In this document: in pieces, positions 18,025 through 26,894 of the stretch
Numbering within the stretch: the stretch's first letter is position 1
Layout: each line of letters starts with the position of its first letter
Virus genome (UHGV): UHGV-0212970
Length of the DNA: 53,962 nucleotides
From: a virus
Direction: 5' to 3' (one strand)
Position numbers and translations under genes: made by a program
Notes under the pieces: generated by a model
Database searches by the model: none
Seen by the model: the letters and a program-made list of their open reading frames with translations, nothing else
What the model was told of the DNA's origin: nothing

Positions 18025-18449
18025 ACGAATATACATTTATCCTGCCTTACCCGCCATCATGTAACAGATATTACCGCCACGCAAGAGGGGTTAACTATAT
18101 AAGCAAGGAGGGGAAGAAATACAGGGAATGGGTGAGGGAGGTTATAAGGCGTTTTAATCTTGATATAAATCTAAAGTGCAGGTTATCGATAACGGTTTAT
18201 ATTGCGCCGCCAGACAACAGAAGACGCGATATAGATAATATAGGGAAAGCGTTATTTGACGCTATAACCTATTCCGGCTTTTGGGCCGATGACAGCCAGG
18301 TTGCCGCAATGAAGTTTGTTCGTTGCCGGAAGGTAAAAGGCGGACTCTTATTTATCAAGGTACGAGAACGCAACGACATGTTGCCGGATATTAATGAATA
18401 CTTAACTGATATGTGGGGCGACAATGGAGCTAATAAACATTGTTGTTAA
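18021..18449 (+). CDS. rusA: RusA Holliday-junction resolvase
   Basis: 142 aa; ILPYPPSCNRYYRH ... DIDNIGKALFDAI ... WADDSQV matches RusA signature residues. Confidence 0.8.
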   Translation: MNEYTFILPYPPSCNRYYRHARGVNYISKEGKKYREWVREVIRRFNLDINLKCRLSITVYIAPPDNRRRDIDNIGKALFDAITYSGFWADDSQVAAMKFVRCRKVKGGLLFIKVRERNDMLPDINEYLTDMWGDNGANKHCC

Positions 18450-18660
18450 ATGTACTCAATCAAGCGTCGATTTTTTCACTGAAGGTAAAAAATATTCAGG
18501 TTTTATAAAGCATGGATGCTTTGCCTTCATTTTACAAGATGATCTTGTATCTGATTTCGACGAAGCAGACGCATGGCGATTAGTCCAGTATTTCCCATCA
18601 AAAAACGAGTATTTCTTGCAGGGTAATTTTAAAACTAGGTTTAAGGTGGTAGAACAATGA
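18424..18660 (+). CDS. Hypothetical protein
   Basis: 78-aa ORF. Confidence 0.4.
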   Translation: MELINIVVKCTQSSVDFFTEGKKYSGFIKHGCFAFILQDDLVSDFDEADAWRLVQYFPSKNEYFLQGNFKTRFKVVEQ

Positions 18661-18839
18661 AAAACGAAATTAAAGATCTGCAAATAGATATTCAGCGCGA
18701 TGAGCATGATTTAGAAACCGTGCGACAAATACAGGCTTTCCACATGCGAGAATTGCTTGCGCTTAAAGAGCTTGAACGAAAGTTGGTGCAGGCAATATCT
18801 GATCGCAAAAGACTGGTTGCGCGTTACGGGGGCAAATAA
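18657..18839 (+). CDS. Hypothetical protein (coiled-coil)
   Basis: 60-aa ORF, helical heptad-like sequence. Confidence 0.4.
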   Translation: MKNEIKDLQIDIQRDEHDLETVRQIQAFHMRELLALKELERKLVQAISDRKRLVARYGGK

Positions 18840-19561
18840 TGAATCTGGAATCAATTCTTAAATTCCACTTCCCAAAATCACCTCGTTTGTCAGATGAAAG
18901 CCGGGGCACGTCCCCTGATGCGCTTAATACTACGGATGCACTAACTGCCGCAGGTATGGCGCAATCGCGCGTAGAGCTTGGTTACAGCGCTTTTTTAGGG
19001 AAGATGGAACTATCACAAGCCGAAAAACATAAGGCCGTAGTTTTGCTTATAGAACGTTTAAGGGCTATGGCAAAAGACTATGAATACGTTATGGAACTGG
19101 ACGAGGCCAAACGCAATGATCTCATTATTCTTATTGCCGTTTTCGCGTTTCGGGATTATTGCCAGAGCGCCGCGACGGAAAAAACTTGCATGGAGTGCGG
19201 CGGATATAAATTTACGTTTGACGAATACGGTGAAAAACACCTTTGCAAAAAATGCAAGGGGCATGGGACAGTTCGCAATCATTGTAAACAATGCAAGGGC
19301 CGTGGCGAAGTACCGGATAAAGCAGCCAGTGAAGCGGCGGAAATGCCAGTGTTCAAAACGTGCCAGCATTGCGGCGGGCGCGGGTACTCGCGTTTCCCTG
19401 TAGATCTTGTCCGGCAGGCGGTTAATCAGCTTGTTTTCCCGGTAAGCCGATCAACATGGTGGAAGAAATACCGGGCTTTCTATGAAGACGCCATTGCTGA
19501 ATTGTTCAAAGAAGAGGTGCGGGCTGACAACGAAATTAAGCGAGTGACGCGGGGTGAATAA
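18839..19561 (+). CDS. DnaJ-type zinc-finger protein (4 x CxxCxGxG), candidate late-gene regulator
   Basis: 240 aa; repeats CMECGG, CKKCKGHG, CKQCKGRG, CQHCGGRG; position after NinG/RusA is where Q-type antiterminators sit, but identity unproven. Confidence 0.4.
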   Translation: MNLESILKFHFPKSPRLSDESRGTSPDALNTTDALTAAGMAQSRVELGYSAFLGKMELSQAEKHKAVVLLIERLRAMAKDYEYVMELDEAKRNDLIILIAVFAFRDYCQSAATEKTCMECGGYKFTFDEYGEKHLCKKCKGHGTVRNHCKQCKGRGEVPDKAASEAAEMPVFKTCQHCGGRGYSRFPVDLVRQAVNQLVFPVSRSTWWKKYRAFYEDAIAELFKEEVRADNEIKRVTRGE

Positions 19562-19761
19562 TGGATAAGCTGGAAATAAACGATCAGTTTGCCGTTATCT
19601 TATTTGAAGATAAAACAGGCGGCGCATGGTGTAAGAAAGTCACTGGCGCGGAAGCGCGTTTAATATTGGGTATGGCAAGCGCGTTAAATGAAGGCGAATT
19701 GCCAGCCATCCCTATTAATCCTGTAAAAATTTACAAGCGTGGTGACGATGATGAAGCCTAA
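19561..19761 (+). CDS. Hypothetical protein
   Basis: 66-aa ORF. Confidence 0.4.
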   Translation: MDKLEINDQFAVILFEDKTGGAWCKKVTGAEARLILGMASALNEGELPAIPINPVKIYKRGDDDEA

Positions 19762-20020
19762 ATTAAAAGAACATCTATTTGCAAAGCTGGTTAATGACCT
19801 GACATTATCTGCGCGGTTGTGTCGTGATACGCAACAATTAAGGGCGTGGATAGCAAGGGATTTAAGAAAATATATTGAACCAGGCAGGCCAGGCGGAGAA
19901 ATCACGATGGACGAAGCCATCAAGCGCCGTTCGGCTGAATGGTCAGTAAGTAATACAGGATTAACCGGATACATCGAAGGCTATAACGACTGTTTACAGG
20001 ATCATGGTGATGGCAAGTAA
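19739..20020 (+). CDS. Hypothetical protein
   Basis: 93-aa ORF. Confidence 0.4.
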   Translation: MVTMMKPKLKEHLFAKLVNDLTLSARLCRDTQQLRAWIARDLRKYIEPGRPGGEITMDEAIKRRSAEWSVSNTGLTGYIEGYNDCLQDHGDGK

Positions 20021-20315
20021 AGATCTACATTTAAACCTGAAAGGAGAATACTTTTACGCCATCCGGGCGGGAAAGAAGGTGGAAGAATACAGGATTTACA
20101 ATGACTATTGGTGTCAACGCCTGGAAGGGCGGGAATATGAACGCCTGATCATTAAGCTGGGGTATCCAGCCAGCCACGAAGCGCACCGGATTATAAACCT
20201 GCCTTATTTCGGGTACGAAGTAAAAACTATCACGCATCCATTATTCGGCCCTGATCCTGTTAAGGTATTCGCAATTAAGTGTGATGTGAATTGGATGTTA
20301 AGGTGGGGTGAGTAA
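20004..20315 (+). CDS. ASCH/DUF3850-like domain protein
   Basis: 103 aa; LHLNLKGEYFYAIRAGKKVEEYR resembles the ASCH-like N-terminal pattern. Confidence 0.45.
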   Translation: MVMASKDLHLNLKGEYFYAIRAGKKVEEYRIYNDYWCQRLEGREYERLIIKLGYPASHEAHRIINLPYFGYEVKTITHPLFGPDPVKVFAIKCDVNWMLRWGE

Positions 20316-20524
20316 TGAAAAAAGCTGGCCTGTAAATTAGCCGTGTATTGTGCGGCGACGAAAACGAGATCCGCATAGAAATTAAATTTAGCATTGGTAA
20401 AGAGATAATTCTTTACACGACACCTGAAAACATGACGCTGGCGCTTACTGGTAAATCTGAAACGCCGTGCGACGTCCGGTTACGCAATATTGAAATTAAG
20501 GAATTAAGGAAGGGTGAAAAATGA
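20315..20524 (+). CDS. Hypothetical ORF with an in-frame TAA after codon 6, or a 58-aa TTG-start gene
   Basis: Strong SD plus ATG at 20315 (TAATG coupling), TAA at about 20333-20335, then 62 open codons to 20524. Confidence 0.3.
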
Positions 20525-20736
20525 AAAGTAACCGTAAACGCCTGGTAAGGGCGTATGATAAAGCATTAAAGGCTTTTGACGACCTGCGACACAATAAGCG
20601 CCAGCGCCGCAAATGGGCGCGTATGCTTGTTTATGAGTGGCATTATTCTGATGCTTTTATGGAAAGTGCGCCGCTATTAACACAAGAACAAGCCGACGAA
20701 GTAGCTAACGATAACGTTTATTATATGATGTGGTGA
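20521..20736 (+). CDS. Hypothetical protein
   Basis: 71-aa ORF, ATGA-coupled. Confidence 0.45.
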   Translation: MKSNRKRLVRAYDKALKAFDDLRHNKRQRRKWARMLVYEWHYSDAFMESAPLLTQEQADEVANDNVYYMMW

Positions 20737-20740
20737 TAAT

Positions 20741-21106
20741 ATGCAAATAATCATTGATTACCTTTGCTACGCTGCAAATACGCTTTTCGGTTTTTATCAG
20801 AAACCATTCCTGAAAGAATGGGACGAAATGCTTAATGACATCCTCGACAAAGGATTAATAATGGAATTCGGGGAGCTAACAATCAAATTTAATTACGAAG
20901 GCAAAGAATATGACATATGGGTAGGCAACAGATGGTATTCATACGGGCATATTTATTCAATTGGCGGTAAATACATTAAACGAAGTCAGGAATTTAGACC
21001 GCGCTTACGCACAATGCGACGACTGCATGACCTGCATATGAAGATATTTGGAGATCAGGAAGCACGGGAATTATTCAAAATTTACGGGGATAAATCATGG
21101 AGCTAA
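20741..21106 (+). CDS. Hypothetical protein
   Basis: 121-aa ORF. Confidence 0.45.
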   Translation: MQIIIDYLCYAANTLFGFYQKPFLKEWDEMLNDILDKGLIMEFGELTIKFNYEGKEYDIWVGNRWYSYGHIYSIGGKYIKRSQEFRPRLRTMRRLHDLHMKIFGDQEARELFKIYGDKSWS

Positions 21107-21327
21107 AAATCTGGCAGGCTATCGACGTAGTTGATAATGAATTAACAATGTTTGCCACTGACGGAAAACGCGTGGTGATCGCCACATGGACGCACAACCA
21201 TGATGATATTGTTTTTCGTCGCAAAGCTGCGGAATTGCTTTTCTCTGATGAAGGCTACACGATGAACATTGCACAGCTTGCAAGAATGAAGGATGAAAAG
21301 CTGGTAGACAGCTACACAACTGCATAA
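21097..21327 (+). CDS. Hypothetical protein
   Basis: 76-aa ORF. Confidence 0.4.
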   Translation: MELKIWQAIDVVDNELTMFATDGKRVVIATWTHNHDDIVFRRKAAELLFSDEGYTMNIAQLARMKDEKLVDSYTTA

Positions 21328-21337
21328 CGGGGTAAAT

Positions 21338-21571
21338 ATGCGTATTTATGAACACAAGCGGGATAAAACCCGCTTTTTTGTTCGTGCTGGCGTGGCGTAC
21401 CAGTATCACGACTGCGGATATATTGAGGCGCTTGCTTACGACATGGATTTCGAACAAGAAAAAGAATGGTTTGACTTTAAGATTTACCGTAAGCGCAAGC
21501 CAACGCGTGACGAACGACACGCTATCCGGGACTTTTTAATCAGCATAGACCGCTGGGAGGCAGACGAATGA
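21338..21571 (+). CDS. Hypothetical protein
   Basis: 77-aa ORF. Confidence 0.4.
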   Translation: MRIYEHKRDKTRFFVRAGVAYQYHDCGYIEALAYDMDFEQEKEWFDFKIYRKRKPTRDERHAIRDFLISIDRWEADE

Positions 21572-21795
21572 AAGTTAAATTCTTGCACGATCACGGATAC
21601 CCGTCATTGAAACAGGTTGTTGGTAAGGTCGTTAATGTCGTTCATAGCGATGATATTACTTGCATGATTAATGGTGCTGATCTCATTGCTGCTGGTGCTG
21701 ATGACCATTACATCAATCCGGCGTGGTCGTATACGTTCAGCATGGGCGATTTCGTCGGGGACAAGGGGCGCGGGCTTGAGATTGTAGAGGATTAA
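21568..21795 (+). CDS. Hypothetical protein
   Basis: 75-aa ORF. Confidence 0.4.
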   Translation: MKVKFLHDHGYPSLKQVVGKVVNVVHSDDITCMINGADLIAAGADDHYINPAWSYTFSMGDFVGDKGRGLEIVED

Positions 21796-21799
21796 CGGT

Positions 21800-22015
21800 A
21801 TGGACGTTTACGAAGATCTCTACCTACAGACCAATAGTCGCACTTTTTATTTTCTGAAAAGCGGCGTCGTATATCGCAGCGACGACGGGGTAATAATGAA
21901 AGAGTGGTTATTTAAGCGTAAAGACCTACTCGAAGATCTGGTTTTTGCCGGGATATTTCGTAAACGTCCGGCTAACCTGGAAGAAGAAATGTTGATCGAC
22001 GAGGTGTTAAAATGA
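21800..22015 (+). CDS. Hypothetical protein
   Basis: 71-aa ORF. Confidence 0.4.
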   Translation: MDVYEDLYLQTNSRTFYFLKSGVVYRSDDGVIMKEWLFKRKDLLEDLVFAGIFRKRPANLEEEMLIDEVLK

Positions 22016-22257
22016 AAGTGAATTATTTCAGGGCAAAAGACAAGGCAACAGGAAAGCGGGTGGCTATCCTGGTTAATGAAGCAAATTATATGTTTGTTCT
22101 CCAGCCGTGGTGCATGGCTGACTATAACGATGATTATCGTCGTCACGCTGCGCGGCGGGCGGTCGGGATGAAAGGCTGGCAACCGCGCGACATGCTTAAT
22201 TATTGCGACTGGAATCTGATAGCAAAATACACGGTAGATTATAAAGGGGTTTTCTGA
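22012..22257 (+). CDS. Hypothetical protein
   Basis: 81-aa ORF. Confidence 0.4.
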   Translation: MKVNYFRAKDKATGKRVAILVNEANYMFVLQPWCMADYNDDYRRHAARRAVGMKGWQPRDMLNYCDWNLIAKYTVDYKGVF

Positions 22258-22259
22258 TT

Positions 22260-22475
22260 ATGTTTGCAAGATGCGTTTATTCTGACACTACATGCTTTAC
22301 TACTGGCGAACTATATAGCGTTGATCTTCTTAATGGGTGCAAGCGCGGCGCGGGCGGTATTCATTATGTAAAAGATAATGATGGCGATGCGTGGCAATTT
22401 TACGGCGATTACGCAAAAGGGTTTGTTAAGGGTAGTTTTGATAATCGTGTGATGGCGCGTTTTGTTAAGTGGTGA
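22260..22475 (+). CDS. Hypothetical protein
   Basis: 71-aa ORF. Confidence 0.4.
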   Translation: MFARCVYSDTTCFTTGELYSVDLLNGCKRGAGGIHYVKDNDGDAWQFYGDYAKGFVKGSFDNRVMARFVKW

Positions 22476-22484
22476 GGTGGTGTT

Positions 22485-22724
22485 ATGAGACGGAACCATA
22501 GATACCAGTGCACATACTCACGATGCAGCGCGTTTTTTAAGAATGGCAAGATCTACGAGGTTGGCGCGGCATTGGTTGACGCAAAGGATCAGGAATATAT
22601 TCATGCCATTACTGACGACCAGGGGCAGTTATGGCGATTTTATAAGATGGGTTGTGGCACGGCGCTTGTTTATGCGCGTGCTGGTGGTGGTGCTTTTGCT
22701 GCGTTTTCGTATGTAGGGGTATGA
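22485..22724 (+). CDS. Hypothetical protein
   Basis: 79-aa ORF. Confidence 0.4.
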   Translation: MRRNHRYQCTYSRCSAFFKNGKIYEVGAALVDAKDQEYIHAITDDQGQLWRFYKMGCGTALVYARAGGGAFAAFSYVGV

Positions 22725-22911
22725 AAATGATTGGCTGAAAAACCGATGGGATTGTCGCCTAAATTGCCGTTTATCGTCGTGACTGATACTTACGGTCACT
22801 TATGGTATGCGGAGCCGCGCCTGGGAGTTGGTCGCTACGTTGTCCGTAGTTCGGACGGGATGATGATGGTTACTTTCACAGAAGAAACATAATGTAATCT
22901 ACATCACGATG

Positions 22912-22955
22912 TATACAAAATGGCATTGTTTCGGCGGTGCCATTTTGTTATAAAG
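22912..22955. promoter_or_regulatory. Inverted pair of the 12-nt element (TATACAAAATGG - 16 nt - CCATTTTGTTATAAA)
   Basis: Right arm gives TG-n-TATAAA extended -10 about 35 nt upstream of the 22990 gene. Confidence 0.35.
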
Positions 22956-22989
22956 AAGCTGAAGAGAGAACGATGCGGAGGGTAGAAAA

Positions 22990-23262
22990 ATGAAACGCTG
23001 GATTAACGAAGAAACAGAAGCCCGCTTCAATGCAATTTGGGATCTGATTGAAAAAGAGGACGGCGTTTCTAGTCCCTACCTGAACAATCTTGAGTTCCAC
23101 TATGTAGAAGCGATGAACGCAGAGCATGACCACGAAGGCGGTGCTGATGAATTCGCCAAAATATACGGCTTCGATGATGCAAACCATATGATTAACAACG
23201 TGGTGATGCAGGCAGAGGAAGACTACGAATGCAAATCACTTGAATTCGCACGCATGGCATAA
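22990..23262 (+). CDS. Hypothetical protein
   Basis: 90-aa acidic ORF with SD GGAGGG. Confidence 0.45.
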   Translation: MKRWINEETEARFNAIWDLIEKEDGVSSPYLNNLEFHYVEAMNAEHDHEGGADEFAKIYGFDDANHMINNVVMQAEEDYECKSLEFARMA

Positions 23263-23426
23263 GGGGGAAACCATGAACGCTAACGCTAAATATCCGGCCT
23301 GGGTTTTCGAACTGTACGCAAGATACTTTGAATTACTGGCACCAGGTGAAGAAGCATTAAGCATTGACGAATACGCGGAGTGTTTAGGATTTAAAGGAGA
23401 CGAAGAAGAATAAAACACGGGGCTGG

Positions 23427-23756
23427 ATGGCCCCATCAAACCAGAAGGGTGTAATTATGAAAAGCGACAAATTCATTGCTTGCTGTTTTGTTGAAGTGCC
23501 TAAAGGTGATGTTTTCTGCAATTATGAATTTAAAGACAGCTTAGGCAGATCGCATGTTGTTGTTGGTAAGCGCGGCGATTGGTTATATATAACCGATGAC
23601 GATATGATTTTTACCAGAAATCAACTATTTCACATCAACTCAGTAAATAATTATTCGCCAGTTGCCGCTATATCCACAATGGATATGCATTCTAATATGT
23701 GGCTTGAAAAGGACACTGTGCATAAAGCGCGTAGCTTACCTGGTGCGGAGTTTTAA
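23427..23756 (+). CDS. Hypothetical protein
   Basis: 109-aa ORF; alternative ATG at 23457 with better SD. Confidence 0.45.
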   Translation: MAPSNQKGVIMKSDKFIACCFVEVPKGDVFCNYEFKDSLGRSHVVVGKRGDWLYITDDDMIFTRNQLFHINSVNNYSPVAAISTMDMHSNMWLEKDTVHKARSLPGAEF

Positions 23757-23758
23757 TT

Positions 23759-24016
23759 ATGGTTGTGATCAGACTATGGCGCGGCGTTAGTATGCTCGAT
23801 GGCGAGTACAGCCGCGTGATTGAAGATGTTAATCGTGGTCGTTTTTATGAACTGGCATACAGCGAGAAAAGGGAGAACAAATATCTGAATGAATCAACTC
23901 CTATGTGGCGGAAGCTGCGTGGAGAAATAGCTTTCGCAATGCGCCACGGGTTTTATACAGATCACAACACGTTAGTAGATGCCGAACTGGTGACGACTCT
24001 TTACGAAGTAGAATGA
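23759..24016 (+). CDS. Hypothetical protein, tandem paralog A
   Basis: 85 aa; shares LWRG-S--DGE--RV---VN-GRFYEL-Y with the next gene. Confidence 0.45.
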   Translation: MVVIRLWRGVSMLDGEYSRVIEDVNRGRFYELAYSEKRENKYLNESTPMWRKLRGEIAFAMRHGFYTDHNTLVDAELVTTLYEVE

Positions 24017-24034
24017 GTAATTAATAGGTGTGAT

Positions 24035-24289
24035 ATGGAAATAATAAAACTGTGGCGCGGCAATAGCAAGGCTGATGGTGAGTTTTGCCGCGTAGTTCAA
24101 TTTGTCAATTATGGTAGGTTTTATGAGCTACCTTATGACAAAAGGAAGGATGATTTCTATTTAAGCGAATCAATCCCGATGCACAGAAAAATGAAAGCGC
24201 TTAGAGGATTATTGCGAAGCGGTTTTTATTCTTGCCCTAACCCATTAAACAATCCTGAATTGGTGGCTGTTTTTTACGAAGGAGAATGA
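24035..24289 (+). CDS. Hypothetical protein, tandem paralog B
   Basis: 84 aa; paralog of 23759..24016. Confidence 0.45.
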   Translation: MEIIKLWRGNSKADGEFCRVVQFVNYGRFYELPYDKRKDDFYLSESIPMHRKMKALRGLLRSGFYSCPNPLNNPELVAVFYEGE

Positions 24290-24291
24290 AA

Positions 24292-24615
24292 ATGACTAAA
24301 TTTATCAGCGTTAAAGTTTTCCGTGGCACTTTTCCAGAAGATAAAGAAATTGGACAATTCGCAGGTGAACGTTGAGTATGTTTCCGTGTAGCTACTGAAG
24401 ACGATGCGCACGTTAAATGCTTTCACGTATCTGAACCGCCTTTTAATGCAGAACATCTTGAAGACCTGAATAGAATTAAAAGCCTTATTTTTGCCTATCT
24501 GGCGTTCCCTGGCATAGCTAATGCTGATGTGGGATTGGTTGGCGCTGAACTGGTTGCGGAATACAAAATGACTGAAGGTGTAACAGGGGGAACTGACATT
24601 GAGCGCATCAAGTAA
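24292..24615 (+). CDS. Hypothetical ORF interrupted by an in-frame TGA near 24373-24375
   Basis: ATG at 24292, 27 codons, TGA, then 80 open codons with no internal start, ending at TAA 24613-24615. Confidence 0.35.
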
Positions 24616-24850
24616 GCTATACAAGATCAGGTGTAAAGGCGAATACCCTGGCTTTACGATTGGTTGCGAATACCTGGGCCACATTGGGTACGGCCCTTTC
24701 GGTGAGTTGGGGATGAGCACGCTGGACGATGACGGCGACAGCCGGACGCTTGATCTTGATTCTGATGATTTCGAATACATCCCGCCAGTCACTTACCGTG
24801 ACGTCGATGATTTCCTGGCTGAACAAGAAGACGATGAAGAGGATGATTAA
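24599..24850 (+). CDS. Hypothetical acidic protein
   Basis: 83 aa, TTG start after SD GGGGGA; Asp/Glu-rich C-terminus. Confidence 0.4.
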   Translation: MSASSKLYKIRCKGEYPGFTIGCEYLGHIGYGPFGELGMSTLDDDGDSRTLDLDSDDFEYIPPVTYRDVDDFLAEQEDDEEDD

Positions 24851-24985
24851 CTATGGATGACGAATACGTTAATAATTTTATTGTTATGTTTCTTAGTGAA
24901 AACTGGCGCATGTTTGAACATTATTGTTTTGAGCGCGGGGAAAATGCTGAAGAAATATATCAATATTTAGGCGGGGAGAAAGAGG

Positions 24986-25180
24986 ATGATTGAATGTCTT
25001 ATCATTGCTGTGTTTCTCCTTTATATTGCTGGCGCTATCCTGATGTCTTGTTTTATCAAATCTAATGATCTCGATCGTGGTGGTCTTGAGATTCCTTTCT
25101 GGCCTGTAGCGGTGTTTATTGCTCTCGTAGATGCCACGCGCGCGCAGATCAAAAGGGTTATTAAGGAGCGCAAGAAATGA
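24986..25180 (+). CDS. Small membrane protein
   Basis: 64 aa; two hydrophobic segments. Confidence 0.4.
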   Translation: MIECLIIAVFLLYIAGAILMSCFIKSNDLDRGGLEIPFWPVAVFIALVDATRAQIKRVIKERKK

Positions 25181-25359
25181 TTGAAGATGGTATATACGCC
25201 GTAACACTAATCGACAAGATGTTTTATCGCGTAGAGGGTGGTGATATTCGCGTTTGCGTTAGCGATGGTGAGTGGGTAGCGCCAATCATCAAGACGACGC
25301 GAGAAACAATTAAAATCTGGCTTGATAATGGCGATTTGGTGAAAGTTAGTGATTTGTAG
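25177..25359 (+). CDS. Hypothetical protein
   Basis: 60-aa ORF. Confidence 0.4.
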   Translation: MIEDGIYAVTLIDKMFYRVEGGDIRVCVSDGEWVAPIIKTTRETIKIWLDNGDLVKVSDL

Positions 25360-25464
25360 CCATAATCGCGCATAAAAAACAAATAGATTAAAATATTTCC
25401 TAACAATGCGAAATTGTAATTACCCAGCCACGCGCCGGGTTTTTGCTTTGTTGGAGGAAAATCT

Positions 25465-25665
25465 ATGTTCGACAGAATACGGGAGGCGTGTGCGTATGTG
25501 ACTGGGGCCGTAACTGCTTTTTTCGGCGCGATAACCATCAATGACATTGCCGTCTTTGTGGGTATCTTATCAACCGTAGGCACATTTGCCGTTAATTATT
25601 ACTTCAAATTACAGGAGAACAAGCGAGCGCAAGAGGAACACGACGCGCGAATGGGGAATAAGTAA
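25465..25665 (+). CDS. Class II holin (pinholin-like, phage 21 S type)
   Basis: 66 aa; two TM segments and charged C-terminus, architecture like S21 as I recall it; directly upstream of SAR endolysin. Confidence 0.75.
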   Translation: MFDRIREACAYVTGAVTAFFGAITINDIAVFVGILSTVGTFAVNYYFKLQENKRAQEEHDARMGNK

Positions 25666-25666
25666 C

Positions 25667-26158
25667 ATGATTAGCCAATCGCTGAAAAATAAGATTATTG
25701 CGGCGGCGGCTGGTGGGGCGATCGCTATTGCGGGGATGATGATAAAAGATCTTGAAGGCGTTGAGTATAAGCCGTACAGAGATGTCATCGGTGTTTACAC
25801 GATATGTTATGGACACGTCGGAAAAGACATCATGCTTGGGAAGACTTACACGCAATCAGAATGCGATGCTTTGTTAAATAAAGATCTACACAAGACCGCG
25901 AAAGCGATTGACCCATATATCAAAGTCGAAATATCAGATTTTACCCGCGCTGCACTTTATTCCTTCGCCTATAACGTAGGCGCTACCAACTTCAAAACAT
26001 CAACCTTATTAAAGCTACTCAATGACGGCAAGAAATCAGAAGCGTGCGCACAGCTTAAACGCTGGATTTATGCTGGCGGTAAGCAGTGGCAAGGGTTAAT
26101 TAACCGCCGTGATGTTGAATATGCCGTTTGCGAATGGGGTGAGACATGGACAAGGTGA
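25667..26158 (+). CDS. SAR endolysin (GH24 phage lysozyme)
   Basis: About 163 aa; Gly/Ala-rich SAR segment [14 protein letters not shown] then [24 protein letters not shown], closely resembling phage 21 R as I recall it. Confidence 0.9.
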   Translation: MISQSLKNKIIAAAAGGAIAIAGMMIKDLEGVEYKPYRDVIGVYTICYGHVGKDIMLGKTYTQSECDALLNKDLHKTAKAIDPYIKVEISDFTRAALYSFAYNVGATNFKTSTLLKLLNDGKKSEACAQLKRWIYAGGKQWQGLINRRDVEYAVCEWGETWTR

Positions 26159-26616
26159 AGACGCTAATTATCGCCGTTGTTGTTTGCATTATTGCCGGGC
26201 TGACCGCCGTAACGTGTTATTACCAGAGTGAGGCGGCAAGGTTACAGGAAGAAGTCACGGTGACGCAAGGTGCACTAAAGACAGCAAGTAACACTATTCA
26301 GCAGATGAAGGATCGGAACGCCGAACTGTCAAAACTTGATAAGAGGTATCACGATGAGATTAAAGCTATCAGATCTGACATTGCCGATCTGCGTGCTGGC
26401 ATTGATAGCGGTGCTATCCGGTTGCATGTCAACGCCGAGCCAGTGCGATTGCTCGACAATACCGGAACCGCCAGCCGCATTGATGGAGCCACCTGTAGAC
26501 TCACTCCAGACGCTGAATCGGCTTATCTATCCCTCAGAGAACAACTAAAAGAGAAAGATGCGAAGATCGCCGGACTTCAGAGCTATATCAAAACGCAGTG
26601 CTTACGCAAAAAATAA
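26146..26616 (+). CDS. Rz: Rz-like i-spanin
   Basis: 156 aa; N-terminal TM anchor, coiled-coil periplasmic domain, overlaps endolysin stop. Confidence 0.8.
   Translation: MDKVKTLIIAVVVCIIAGLTAVTCYYQSEAARLQEEVTVTQGALKTASNTIQQMKDRNAELSKLDKRYHDEIKAIRSDIADLRAGIDSGAIRLHVNAEPVRLLDNTGTASRIDGATCRLTPDAESAYLSLREQLKEKDAKIAGLQSYIKTQCLRKK
26354..26548 (+). CDS. Rz1: Rz1-like o-spanin (lipoprotein embedded in +1 frame of Rz)
   Basis: Signal peptide with lipobox LSGC, Pro-rich mature part; SD AAGAGG 7 nt upstream of ATG 26354. Confidence 0.75.
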   Translation: MRLKLSDLTLPICVLALIAVLSGCMSTPSQCDCSTIPEPPAALMEPPVDSLQTLNRLIYPSENN

Positions 26617-26894
26617 CAGCGCGTGGACGTGTCGCCGTTTCCGCCAGCCAGCCATAACCGGGTCAATCCTTCCCGCGAGCGACGGCGGAATAGTCAAAAA
26701 CACGTAATACCGGATCATCCATCCCATTAACAGGTCAGGCGCTACCTGGGTAGAAGAAAGCGCCATTTACCAATTTTATAAAATTCTGGAAACGGTACTG
26801 ATGAAGCGCCGTTTTCAGTGTTTTATAGCTGTTTTCACTCCCTGCGGTGTCGAGTTTTGCGGGGGTTATATTTTCAGGATAGAGGAATATTCTG

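Noticed and set aside
25360-25464. Possible PR'/qut/tR'-like late control region upstream of the holin
   Set aside because: Only a weak hairpin plus T-run (about 25425-25450) and no convincing -35/-10 pair or recognisable Q; too uncertain to annotate.
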